A stretch of DNA of 64,000 bases, from positions 14,200,001 through 14,264,000 of the forward strand of contig NC_087437.1 of the NCBI RefSeq assembly GCF_036321535.1, given 5' to 3'. This DNA is from Camelus dromedarius. Its lineage: Eukaryota. The notes under the pieces are model-generated. The model had not been told where the DNA came from, ran no database searches, and was given only the letters and a program-made list of their open reading frames with translations. Position 1 is the stretch's first letter, and every line of letters begins with the position of its first letter. The position numbers and the translations under genes are program-made. Of the stretch, positions 25,005 to 37,462 are shown one piece after another.

Positions 25005-25510
25005 ATTGTAGTAATTAGGACTATTTTGGTTGCAAAGGACAGAAAGCCAAGTAATAGCTATTGAAGCAAGGATGTTGTGTCTCACGGATCCCAAGGGCAG
25101 GCTCTCTTCACCTTTTGCCTGTTAATGTCTTTATCTTTCTACTTCATTTCCCTCCTCCTCACTCTTTCAAGTGGCTTGCTCTGCTTGCCTGGGAGGAAAC
25201 CTGGCAGTTGACAGGACCTACATGACCTTTCCATTTATAGTTTCAGTCACTTGGGAAGAGATGGACTCTCTTCATTTTCAGTTACCAGATCCCTGGCAAA
25301 GGACTCAGAATGGTCCAGCTTGAATCAAATGCTCACTTTGGAACCAATCTGCTGGCTAGAACAAGTTCTGGAAGGTGATTGGCCCAGCTATCTTCCCCTG
25401 GACCAACTGACTGTGGCCAGGGCACATTTTGTACAAGATAATTGGCCCAGATGTTACCATGTTGATAGAATAGAGAAGAAGAAGGAGAAGAGGCTATTTC
25501 CAGAAGAGAG
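25005..25510 (-). mobile_element. Old MaLR LTR (MLT1K/L-like)
   Basis: attaggactattttggttgcaaaggacagaaagccaa...tgattggcccagc. Confidence 0.6.
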
Positions 25511-25969
25511 TAGGGGAAGGGTAAAGGTGGGTCCCCATGGAGTGAGAGCAACAACTGGTCATCACACTGATCTGAAGGAATTTGACTCCTTAGAGTCAAA
25601 CAGGTAAATTTCACATAAAATACAAAATCTCTTTGGCGCTGGGAATGTTAAATGGCTCCTTGAGAAAAACAGGGGTGTTTTAAAAATAAAAATTAGTTTC
25701 TACTTATGACAAGGATGAAGATGATATAACAACTCAGTCATAAAATCTAGTGTATTAAAAACATGTAAATATTGGAATGTTGATGGAATATTGAAACACA
25801 ATGAAACTGAAATATCAAATCATTATAATTTGGCTTAATTTCCCTAGCTACAGAAATACTCCTTCAGTTGAATGTGTGTTTAGTTTTAATTGTTGTTGTT
25901 AATTGTGCAACTAATAAGTGACTAAGCAGTGTAGCTCTGGGGGCATTTTTCTTGGTTTCGTAATTTTCT

Positions 25970-26160
25970 TTGCCACTTACTACTTGTATGGCCTTGGAAA
26001 AAGTACTTAATCTCCCTATGGCTCACATTACTTATCTGTAAGGTGGAAATAATAATTGTGACCTTTTCATAGGTGGTTGTGATAAAATTAGCTAATGCAC
26101 AGTGCTTAGAACAGTGCCTGGCATGTAGTCAGCACTGAGTTAATGTTAGCTATTGTTATT
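25970..26160. mobile_element. MIR SINE
   Basis: gccacttactacttgtatggccttgg...tgcttagaacagtgcctggcatgtagt. Confidence 0.85.
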
Positions 26161-26384
26161 CGAATATTCTTTCGGAATTATTACTTTCTTCAAGATTATA
26201 AGTAAGACAAACGGACTTTCTTGCATACCTTTTTGAATTTCATTGAAATAATCACTTAAAATGGGATTTTTGTAAAAAAGTTCATAAGCTCTCTCCCTCT
26301 CAGAAAAGTACAAAGGAGAGGTCACTGGTCAGGCTTTGAGGACTTGAGACCTATTCTGCCCTTGGTATCCATTAAGACTTTTCA

Positions 26385-26720
26385 CAGATGTTTCATTTCA
26401 TCGATGTTCCAGCACCCTCTCCTTCTGAGCAGAAGGTAGGGTTTTATTTTCCACCTACTTAAAGTTAAGCATGGCCATGTGACCTGCTCTGGCAATGATT
26501 TGTGATCTCTGGGGGTAGAAGCTTTAAGAGTCAGAGTCTGTGTTGCCTCATTCTCTATTTTTCCTTCATGACAACTGGCAGCTTCTAAGATGAGGGCTTC
26601 TCCACTAGCCTGCATCCCTGATTGACAGCTCACAATGGATATGTAGTATGGACAACCAGAGTTTTTCTGTTGTTTTAAACAACTGAGATTTTGCTATGTT
26701 GGTTCCAGTGGAACTCAAGT
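26385..26720 (+). mobile_element. Old MaLR LTR (MLT1I/J-like)
   Basis: aagttaagcatggccatgtgacctgctctggcaatga...ttttaaacaactgagatttt. Confidence 0.65.
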
Positions 26721-27773
26721 CCTCCAAATAAGGCCTCTGAAAAGGAGGGTACCTTCAGGCATTAGGTCTGGTGGGCTGGTTCTTCTTTGGCTATATTTCA
26801 TTCAGGAATGAACATCCGCATAATTAAGATATCAATTTCAAAGAACGTCACATTACCGAGAACACATATTTTAATGCAGAACAAAAAACACTCACATTTT
26901 GTGCAATGATGCTGTTATTATTTAAAACTCTGGCATAGTTTGAAAATTTATATTAAAGTAATAAATTTCTAACCCAGCCTCACAAAAGCAGAGCTCATTT
27001 TTAAGGCTGCCATCTCATGCACCTATCATTCCAACACTTTGAAATACTAGTATCGATAAACCATCTTCCGTTATTCTGTCTAGTAACTATCCATTTCATC
27101 TATCTCTTTCTTTTACTGCTCTAATTTATGAGACTTGATTTTTTTTTTATTCAGAAATTCTTTCAAATTAAGTCATTTGGTGTTTTTTTTTTAAATCCAT
27201 CTTGAATCTTAAGAAGCATAGTTTATTTTGCCCTTTAAAATAGCATTTTCTGTTATTCTCGGGCTGGAAATGAGTATTCAGGTTGGGTTAAGGAACAGAT
27301 TCAACTTGTGGAGATTTTGTTTTACTGACGTTGGAATTTTACTCTACCATTTCCTCCTCATCCAACTGTCCAACAAAATCCTTTCAGTGTTTTCCCTCAG
27401 AAATGTCGCTTAAATCCCCTCATCCTTCTGCACCCCTTGGGCAATACCATCATTCAGGTTTTCCTCATCTCTTCCTCATAAGTTAAGAGCTTCCCAACTG
27501 GTCCTCCTGGCACCGTTCTCTCATCTACCACTAGGATCCCATTCTAGAAACCAAATCCTAGAAGCTCATTATCTGCCCAGGGGAGCAAATGAATGCATAA
27601 GCATTTAGAATCTCTCTTCCATCCTCTCTTTTTTCCCCCTCTTCCTGCACTCCAGGACTCACAATTCTCCAAAGACACATTCTCACCATTCACTGAAAAC
27701 ACCCTAGCTTTTCATGCCCAGAGGCTCTAACCATGTTGGTTTCCCTGATCTAAAACAACATTGTCTTCTACCC

Positions 27774-28169
27774 TATGTGGATTTGCTAAGGCTGCTATAA
27801 CAGGACACCACAGACTGGAGAGGGGCTTACAGAAATGTATCTTTTCCCAGTTGTGGAGGCTGGAGGTCCAAGGTCAAGGTGTTGGCAGGGGTGGTTCCTC
27901 GGAGGCCTCTCCCCTTGCCTTGCAGGTGGCCACCTTCTTGTTGCCTTGTCCAATCTATGTTTCCCTGGTGTCTCCCTTTGTGTCCATGTCTCATCTTCTT
28001 ATTAGGAAACGAGTGTGATTGGATTAGGGCCCACGCTAATGGCCTCATTTTAACTGAATCACTTCTTTCATGGCACCATTTCCAAATACAGTCACGTTTT
28101 TGAGGTATTGGGGTTAGAGCTTCAACATAGGAATAGGGGGGTGTGGAGGACACAGTTTAGCCCATAACA
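27774..28169 (-). mobile_element. MaLR LTR (MLT1B-like) inserted in L2
   Basis: ggctgctataacaggacaccacagactgg...ggacacagtttagcccataaca, with 5-bp flanks taccc/tacca and L2-like sequence on both sides. Confidence 0.88.
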
Positions 28170-28319
28170 TACCATACTCTTTTCTCAATTATTTACCCTT
28201 CAGGATCAGGTTTCCTGGGAAGCCTTCCCTGACTCCTCTATTAGTAACTTCCTGATGCTTCCGTAGCATTTGGTACTTACCTCCATTATCACACTAACTG
28301 TACAGTATTTTAATAATTG

Positions 28320-28425
28320 ATGGCATAGATTGGCAAACTTTTTCCTGAAGGGCCAGGTGTAAGTATCTTAGGTTTTGCAGGCCAGACAGTCTCTGTCCAA
28401 CTACTCAACTCTGCCACTGTAGCAA
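28320..28425. mobile_element. MER58-like hAT fragment
   Basis: ttggcaaactttttcctgaagggccagg...caactactcaactctgccactgtagc. Confidence 0.8.
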
Positions 28426-29209
28426 AGGGAGTTCAGAGCCCTTGATATGCCCAGGTCTAGGGGTACATCGCAAACCCCAGTATGAGAATTTTGCTTTCAA
28501 TTTAACTCTGAACTTAAGGGCAGTGAACTATAAGAAAACATCTTCTTTCACTGTATATTTATTTCTCATAAAAATCTAGTGTAGCTTGCAGAGCAACAGC
28601 ACAGATACATTTTAACCCCAGGTGCCCTTCAGCCTTTCATGCATGGTCTGGTTAAACTTCACTGGCTGTGGGATCCAGAGACGGTCACTTAATTTCTTTT
28701 GAAGCAAATTCCTAGTTTTTAAAACAAACCGTTGGACAGAAAGTGTTTTCAATGGCAGAGCAGTTGGCGTTGAGGCAGGCCTGTTCTTCCATGTGTGAGA
28801 CTGTCCTGCTCATGCAAGATGCTTAAAATCTCTAGCCTCTGACCAGGAGTCCCTCCTAGTCTTTAAGACAGCCCAAAGTATCCCCAAATACTTCCAAACA
28901 ACTGGAGTTTTAAGCACTCTGCACAATCTCTAACACTCTTCCAATTCTAGAATTCTGACTCCTGTAGTTTTCTGACAGTTGAATATATGGAAATTGCCTC
29001 TTTATCTGACATCTAAGCTAATCAGAAAGCTCAGACAGCAAGTTTTTGTTTTGTACGTATTGGGCTAGTGGAAACCATGTGTTCTAGCTTTATTTTGTAT
29101 TTTGAGAAGACAAGTGATAGGTAAATAACTCCTGTGGTGTTAATTCTGCAAGGCTGCACGCAGGTTGCACCATTGGGTTACCTCAGATTTAACCCGATCT
29201 CTGATCCTT

Positions 29210-29430
29210 TTGCAGCTTCCAAAATGGTACCCACTAGCCCCATGTGGCTATTTAACTTTACATTCAAAATAATTCAACTTAAGTACAATTAAACAATCAG
29301 TGACTCAGTTGTAATGACCACATTTTGCTACACACGTGGCTGCACCTGTGGCTAGTGGCTACCATACTAGTGCAGATATAGAACACCTCCTTCAACGCAG
29401 AGTTCTCACTGAAAGTTCTTACCATCCTAG
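29210..29430. mobile_element. MER3-like hAT element
   Basis: ccactagccccatgtggctatttaa...gtggctagtggctaccatact. Confidence 0.8.
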
Positions 29431-30339
29431 TCTAAGCAGTTATAGCTGATTCAGTCTATTTCATGCAACATTTTGCATTGCTCTGTTCGTTTTTCATACT
29501 GAGTATGCTGTTCTATTCTATTTATTTAACAATCCAGACATGAAAACCTTTTCCCTACCCTTCAGGAAGACTGAAAGTTGACTGTAATCAGTAAAGCAGG
29601 CACTTGGCAATTAAGATATTTTAAATTTTTACGTGGAGGATCAGAATCTAGAAGAACTGGCAGTCCAGATGTTTATATATGGTGACCTAGTAACACCCGC
29701 TTCTCTGTTTCCAAGGCCCTTGCAGGTGTGGGCATCGCCACAGTCCTCTTTTCCCTCCTTACATGGTTGGAGTCATTAAAGACAAAAAAAAGTCACTCTG
29801 ATATGGCATGAGTCTTTTGATTGTGTGAGTTCACCGGCTGAAGAAGGCTTGTTTGCTGCCTGATGTCAGGATTAAAGAGTTTATGTCTGGAGGGGCCTCT
29901 CTCCCTTGCGTTCCCCTCCTGGACCCTCGCATGCCCACATCCTGTCCCAGAAGGCAGGACGAGGGCTTGAAATCACGGCGTAGATGAGGCTACTGTAAGA
30001 TCACAGGTAGCTTGATGGGTCCCTCATGACAACACGTGCTATGTTTTAATTAGTGGAGCTTTTCTTATCTCCATGACTGTATTTTCATTGCCCACGGGGC
30101 AGCTTCACTTCCTAGATGAAGGCTCACAGAGTCCCTCGGAAGCCCGAGAATGATTTATTGCTGCTTATCCAAAGGTTCCAGATGGTTTTCTGTTACAGCA
30201 GCTTTAACTCAAATCACAGTTACAGGTAAGAGACCTACAGTGAGAGGACAATCTGATTGTCAGGCCCTTTCTCAGCCTCTAACCGTGAGAATCCTCTCCT
30301 CTCCAGATAGCCCTTTAAATGGGTAAATACTTTCTTGTA

Positions 30340-30577
30340 TTTGTGCAGTAATCATAGCTGGCACTGACGGACTGCTTCCATTGCACCAAGCAGAGGGCTG
30401 GGATTTTTCTGTATATATTTTACTTATTCCTCCCAAATGGATGAGAAGGGTTCTATTAGTAACTCTGGTCTCAGAGATGTTTAGTAACCTACTGAAGGTC
30501 ACACAGTTAGGAAGGTGTAGGGCTGAGATCTGAACCCAGACAATCTGACTTCAGAGTGTGTGTGTGTGTGTGTGTGC
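30340..30577. mobile_element. MIR followed by a (GT)n microsatellite
   Basis: aaggtcacacagttaggaagg...gatctgaacccagacaatctgacttcagag, then (gt)n at about 30556-30576. Confidence 0.8.
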
Positions 30578-30679
30578 TGTTCTATTAAATGCTTGACATA
30601 CTTTTCTATTCCATCTTCTTCACAATTCTATGAGGCATTAAAGGGCCCCAAATAAAGAAAGAAATAAAGGAAGCCCCCG

Positions 30680-31320
30680 ACGCCAGAGAAGTTAAATTTC
30701 AAAGCTCCTAAACAAACTGACCTTCCTGTCCGCAGACAAGACCGTGCCCATAACACGCCATGACAGCTCCGCCCTGGGGAAACGGGCATAAATGTGAGGG
30801 GAGAGGTCGGAGAAGCATGGTCTCTGAAGGGACGTCTGTATGACGGGCTCCTACCAATTAGACTGCTCTCAGTCAAGAGTGGCAGAGAAGCCAGTAACTC
30901 AGAAATGGGATAGTTATTCTACACCTACATTTGGGGCAAAGGTGGAATTTTATGCAAATACACCCAATGGGTTGGTCTTCTGAAGCCAGGAGGTGGAGAG
31001 GGACTGGGATCTGAAGCGGTTCAAGGTGTTCCAGGAACCTGCCCTTGGACTCCTCCACTACCGGGACCAGCTTCTAGAAAGCAACCCCTCTGCTCTAGGA
31101 CATCCGCACCTGCCCCGCACCACCAATCGCCTATTCTTCCTTTATTTCCAATTCCAATAATGAGAGAGGAACTCTGATTGGCTCAGCAAATATCCAGCAT
31201 CTCTGGGCAGAACCCCCAGTGCCCAGGAGGCCTTTCCACTGGCAGATGACTGGCAGTCTTTCTGTCAGGTGCTCACCTAGGCCCAATCTGCGGGGCTGGA
31301 GGAGCGGGACATGGTGGATG
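30680..31320. promoter_or_regulatory. Candidate promoter/enhancer with clustered CCAAT boxes, an octamer and a STAT/GAS motif
   Basis: CCAAT at 30854, 30964, 31123, 31148, 31154 and 31283, and CTGATTGGCT at 31174-31183. ATGCAAAT at 30952 and TTCCAGGAA at 31029. CpG is locally retained. Confidence 0.4.
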
Positions 31321-31814
31321 GTGGGGCCAAATAAATGGGAAATCTTGGTCATCTAGACCAAACCTTCTGCAGAGCGAGTTACCTCAGAGGGGGCTGTGGT
31401 TCAGAGGCACTGACATTGGTGTATCTTTTTCAGAGAGGAACAAACTGCACTTTTGCGCTAGGTTAAAATTCTGTCTAGTTGGTGTTTACGTTTGGGGAGG
31501 TGATTTATCAATTTTTCTCTAGGTGACATGATTCCACAGCTAACCGATCCAAAGTGCTCATTCCCTCCCACCCTCTCTTTCAAGTTAGATTTAGGTAAAA
31601 TAAAATTCCTATGCTAAATTTTTTCACCTAGAAACTTCAGAGACTCTTAAGTCTCCCCGAAGCATGACACCCCTGTTTCTGAAGATCCCATTTGGGATTT
31701 TGGTGGAGGCTTTCAGGCCTCAAATTCTTATTCTTTATTATCTTCTCCACCACATAATTATTCTCACATGTATTCTGAGAGTTACTAAAGTTTTCTGCTG
31801 GTATGTACCCTACC

Positions 31815-32150
31815 TGGTGGTTCTCAGCTCTGACTACACAGTGAAATCACCCGGGAACTTTAAAAAACACTGTCATACTCTGAAAATTATGTTTTAATTG
31901 TTTTGTGAAGGCCTGGGAATGTTTTAAAAGCTCCCCAGGTGAGGTTAACGTGCACCCAGGGTCCATAACAACAGCGCGGTGCCTGACCAGCAGCCTCAAC
32001 ATCTGGAAACTTATTAGAAATTCAGACTTTTGGGTCTTATCCCAGACTTGCTGATTTAGAAACTTTGGGGGTGGAGCTCAGCAATCTGTTTTAACAAGCC
32101 CTCCAGGTGACTCTGAAGCAGGCTCAAGGTTCAGAAGCACTGGTCTACAT
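31815..32150. mobile_element. Tandem MER5-like hAT-Charlie elements
   Basis: gtggttctcagc...aaagctccccaggtga; ttttaacaagccctccaggtgactctga...agaagcactg. Confidence 0.8.
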
Positions 32151-34404
32151 GGAGCTGTTTAATTTACTGCAACGCGGTTCATAGAACCGAATCTCAAGCC
32201 TTTTAACTAAGCCTTTTAGATGCGGCCTCTTGAATCACATTTGTCACACAGCTTAACTGACTTCATCTGGGCTGCATCGGGCTGTCATGTGGCTTGGCTG
32301 AACGTTAATCGTTTTGATAATTTTGACAATCGCTGGTCCATTTATTTAGGATTATTAATTACCAAAATAAAACAGCTAAGGCTAGTCCTCTCACTGGGCT
32401 CCCTTTATTATTTCTTTTTTAACATGATTGTTTTCCTGATCGTTTGAGACAATCGTTTTCTCCCCACATCTGTTCCATGACATGATGAATTGGCCAGGTA
32501 TTAAGCAGCTGCTTGTTCTAGCTTTAGCTGCCGTTATAAGATTCTCCAGTTTGGTGGGGAGGAATGACCCAACAAATTACCAAGATTTTTGATGCTAAGT
32601 ATTTTTACAAACACATAGAGTATAATGTGCTTGCCCTGAAAGCAAACACATATTTTACAGGGTATCACACAGGATCTAAAACTGATTGCAGTGCAGCCAT
32701 TGTTATTGTATTGTAATTGTCTGTTTTTGAGTCTGTTCTCCACTAAATACGGAGCTTCTGGGGAAGAGGGGCATATCTTATTTTTTTCCTGTTTTGCAGA
32801 GTGGCTGATAGATAGTAAATCCTGAGCATGTTTGGCGAATGAACAAAAGAATGAATGAACGACTGCATCATTCAGTACTAGCTGGTCACATCCAGGTACC
32901 ATGTTTACTTTGTCTGGAGGCCACACTAGGGAAGACTCATTGTTGACATTATCCAAAGACTGGGACATGAGAATCCGTGGGGTCACGTAAGGGTGTCTAG
33001 GGGAGAAAATGGGAAGACTGCATGGGTTTGGATTTGCTCCCTTGCAGGAATGGAACTGATTCTCCCCACCTGGTGGAAGCTTGGGACGGCTCATTGCTAT
33101 CCTGTCAGTAAATAGGGTGGAGGGCATACATAGCTCAGCATGACAAAGCACGAGTACAATTGTTCTGGTAATTGAGAAGGAGTCCAAATACACTGGTGGA
33201 AGGCAGGATCTTTCCATCCCTGGGGGCTGAGATACCTGGGGGTGGGGGAGAGCAGTGGGAGTGGTCGCCCATTAGAGGCATCTTCCCCAAAGGCATCTGG
33301 GCCAGAGGCTGTTTAACATTTTCTGTTTGAGGCTGTGAGAAAAGGCGCTGGAGCAGGTGAATTATCAAGAAAGTTCCGCCCCCCAGCTCAGACCCTGGCT
33401 TCACTTGTGGCTGTGGTGGGGTGTGGAAAGAGACAGGTGGTTGTGGAGCTGGGAAAAGGCTTAAAAAGGAAGTTATCTGAAAGCACAGGGTCACCTCTGG
33501 AAGCTGGCCATTTTCCCCATCACCGGTCAAGCCGAAGTGGCCGGACCTTGTACTGGGGAGGGGGACTGGGGCACCCGATTGTGGATGGGTGAGATGGCCC
33601 TTCTGGTAGCTCTCGGTCCTCATAGAATGCAGGAGAGCCCCTGAAGCAGTGGAATTAATAGCGAACGTTAAGCAGATGGAGGTCTTTGCCTCAGAACAGA
33701 GCTTTCTTCCTCTGTGACCCAGGCATGGACGCCGTTTAGCTGGTGATATGGTGAAGGGCAAAGGACCTTGCGCTGAGGGAAACACAAAAGGAACCATTTC
33801 TGCCTGTTTTTTAGCTTGGGACACAATCACCCTTTTCTTTTGTAAGTGATTTGGATTTGGGGTCTCCTGATCACTAGTCAATTTTTCCATCACCTCCCTC
33901 TCCCTTTGTACTTCTACCTCGACCGGCCCCTGACACCATTTACTTCTGCTCCATCTCATCATCCTCTCATCCTCCAAGTTCAACTCTCTCCAGTCCAATG
34001 GCTGTCCCCCTTTTAGTTCACTTGCATCAGGATGTGGTAGTTATCAACAGTCTGTCACTGTATGAAAATACAGTTTTCACTTGGGCTCCCAACACACACA
34101 AAACACTTTCTTAACAGCCCAAAATGGAGAATTTCTGGTTATTATGAACGTACACAGGACAACTGGCCGTTGGAAGCCTCTTTTCACTTCCTGCTGTGGG
34201 CGGCAGCAGCTCCTGCCCAGGGCCGTCGCTCTTCCTCCATCTGGGCTATTCATCTCCCTTTGCACTGAGCCAATGCCCACTCATCCTTCACAGTTCAGTT
34301 CAAATGTAGTAAGTGCAAGACTAGAGAAAATGACAATGACGATATTTCAGTATTTGCTTCAAGTTTTAGCACCATTATTGTATTTTTCAAAAAGTGTCAG
34401 CAGA

Positions 34405-34585
34405 GCATAGTGGTTAAAAACATGGACCCCACAGCCAGAGAGCCTACCTTTGAATCTCAGCTCTGCTATTTACTACTGTGTAGCCTTGGGCAAGTTCCTT
34501 AACCTCTCTGAGCTTTAAGCTTCCCATCTGTAAATGGGGATAATACTAGTAACCTTTTAGGGTTGCTGTAAGTATCAAATGAATG
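34405..34585. mobile_element. MIR SINE
   Basis: agcatagtggttaa...ccttgggcaagttccttaacctctctgagc...catctgtaaatgggga. Confidence 0.9.
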
Positions 34586-34589
34586 GAAT

Positions 34590-35510
34590 TTCTTTTTTGA
34601 AAATTGATATGATTAAAAAATACAAACAACATTTAATGCATTTTAATACAACCTTATTTAAACCTATTACAAAAAGGAAATGAAAACATTAATCTAGGAA
34701 AAAACATTTTGACATACATTATTCTGCTATAAAAATACAATTAATAGAAAATGTAAAAATAAATTTATGCTATGATAAAAATGACTAAAACTTGAGCAAT
34801 AAAATATTTGTTATGAAATAATTTTTGATCTTTTGAAAAAAACTGTGGTCTTAAAAAAAAACCCAGAATGACAATTATGTCATTATTGAAACTCCAGAAT
34901 ATGTTTTGGTAGAATTACCCAGCTGTTGGAAGCCCTGGTCTGTGAATGTCAAGAAGGGATTTAAAACTAGCATGTTTTCTTTCTGACTCCCCTATCTTCT
35001 TATACCACCTCTTAACTGATGACTTTGAGAAGATATTTTTGAACATCTCCCCCAATAGGGACTTCAGAATTTTCCCCCAACAGGATCTTCCTTTTTTTTT
35101 TTTTCAATGATACTGCCAGTAGAGTTTTTGTTCAAAGAAAGCATTTCTAGTTTATTTTTATCATCCTTAGATTTCCCATGTCGTTAAATATTCTGATGCA
35201 GTTATCTGTAAATGTAGGCACTGCTGCCTTCCTGGTCCACTTTTTCACAAGGTCTTTGTCCACTGTCATTTCCCTTTTTTCTTGAGTATCCTGGAGGATA
35301 AAAGCACTTTCAAAATGTTTGCAACTTTTATTTAAAATTTTAATGTAGAATGCAACTCTGGGTATTTCTCCAGACACATGTAATTCTGACTTCAGTGTTT
35401 TTCAAGATGTCAGCATAACATCATACCAACAAAATACAAGCATTTTTGGTACTTAAAGATTATAAGAAACACTGGATACCAGAATACCACAAACAGATTT
35501 TGCAATCAAT
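34590..35510 (-). mobile_element. Probable ancient DNA-transposon fossil with a THAP-domain-like remnant
   Basis: ORF 35147-35377(-) carries IPR...CKHFE..FI...AAVPTF in THAP order and approximate spacing. The surrounding sequence is AT-rich and does not resemble LINE or SINE sequence. Confidence 0.5.
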
Positions 35511-35582
35511 ACTCCAATGTCATTTCCTTGAAGAATTCTCTTTCCTCACTCCTCAAATTAGATTAAGTCTCTATGTTATAAT

Positions 35583-35800
35583 CCAGATGTCTGCAGACTA
35601 TGGCCCTTAGGTCAAATCCAATTGGCCTCTTGTTTTTGTAAATAAAGTTTTATTTGAACAAAGACACACCCATTCATTTACCTATTGTCTGTGACAGTTT
35701 GGCAATACCATGGCAAGACTGAGTAGTTGCAGCCAAGACTGTGTGGCCCTCCGACCTAAAATATTTACTCTTTGGTCCTTTACAGAAGAAGTCTGCCAAG
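35583..35800. mobile_element. MER58A-like element within an L2 fragment
   Basis: tttttgtaaataaagttttatttgaaca...cctaaaatatttactctttggtcctttacagaa. Confidence 0.85.
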
Positions 35801-36641
35801 TATTAGCTCTCTATACCTTTCCTTCAAAATCCTAATACAATCTGTAATGATACATCATGTGATTATTTTATTAATGTTAGTCTCTCACACTATTTAAGCT
35901 CCATAAGGATAAAAATCACGTTTATTATCCTCACGATTACATTCCCAGAACCTGGACTAATGTTGGTACATAGTAATTGCTCAATGTATGCTTGTTAATT
36001 AAATAATCAGATTATCAAAGATGATAATTTGGGGGCAAATACTGCCTCTGGGGTAAGTCTACATTTCTGTTTAAACTCATGAAATATGAAGGTGAAGGCT
36101 AAGTAAGGTAACACTCAAAGTGTTCAGCAGACTGTCTGGAACATGGAATGTGCTGAACAAATGACAGGACTTATTAGTAAAAATCCTCCAAAGCTCCTTT
36201 AAAAAACCCTGTGAAGCCATTGCCACTAGGGAACAGCCTTATAAATGCACAAACATACTAGGAAGTACATTCTAGTGTTTATCAACATGCCTGCTGGGGC
36301 CACTTTTCTTATTTCATAGCTTCTGAGTTTCAGCCATTCTGCCATTTTTTAAAATAAGTTTTGCCATTGATATGTCTTCTAGAAAAGAGGATCGGTGGAG
36401 GAGGGGTCAGCAGCCTTACCAAAGAACATGTCAGCTCTTCGTTTGTTTGCTTACTGACCAGAACTGTGCACTGGAATCACTGGGTACTGTAGAAAACACT
36501 AATGTCTGTCCTCTGGCCCCAGAGGTTCTGGTTTCATCAGTCAGGGTGGTGCTTTTAAAGCTTCCCAGGTGATTCTAACATGCAGCCAGGAATGAGACTG
36601 TCAGTTTTATCAGGTAAGAGGAATTCAGTGAATATTTGTCC

Positions 36642-37082
36642 TGAGAGACTGAATATACAAACAGATACGAGCCAGACTGTATATAACAAAATAACTCTGA
36701 CCCACGACCTGTGCAGTAGCTGATATAGAAGGAAGGATCAGGACATATTCAATAACTTCCAGCTTTCCTATTTTTGCCCTCCCTGCCCCATCACCCCCCT
36801 GCAACTCAGGACCAACCAGAGAAAGTCAAACATACTCCTCTAATGAATCAGATAGGATGCACTACTTCTGGTCTGCCCGATGCTAAAAACCCTTGCTAAC
36901 AACCTCCAAACAGGGGAAACCTAATGTCTTCTCTTTTCTGCACTATAACACTTTCCTTTTCTCCTACTTGCATTTGAATTCCTGCCAAATGCAAGTGACA
37001 GTGGCTGACTCCTTTGCTATACCAAATTCTGAATAAATAGTCTCTCTGTTCTCATTTGGGTGGTCATTATTTATGTCTACCA
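36642..37082 (+). mobile_element. ERV1 solo LTR (MER34/MER39-like)
   Basis: tgagagactgaatatacaa...caggaccaaccagagaaag...gtggctgactcc...gaataaatag...ctcatttgggtggtc. Homologous to 61168-61620 on the opposite strand. Confidence 0.75.
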
Positions 37083-37462
37083 CTCTATTGTCCTTGTTAC
37101 CATAACTAGTATTGCACATATAAATAACATACTTTGGTGTCTCTTCCAACCAGGAGAATCATATAACAGAACCCCACTGGGAATAACCTAGGTAAAAAAC
37201 TGGACTGAGTATAAGAATTCAAGGATGTCTCAGAAAACCCAAGGGCAGGAGCCAGTTGGGTCTCAGGCAACCAGAAATGAAGGCTTTGGGGAACCATGAA
37301 ATTTTCCCTTTCTGTCTCTTGTTTCCATTTTCCTCTGTGCATCTGCTTAATTCTTTCTTCTTAGTTTAGATCACCTGCCTCGATTTTCCAGGCCACTTGG
37401 CAGAATAACCACTACCAGCTTCTCCCAGGTTTGGATCTCTTCAATTAAAGACAGAAGAGCTA

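Noticed and set aside
30199..30225. Possible 27-nt microexon (tgttacag|...ttacag|gtaaga)
   Set aside because: The polypyrimidine tract is short, there are no partner exons and the peptide is unrecognised. It is untestable without RNA data.
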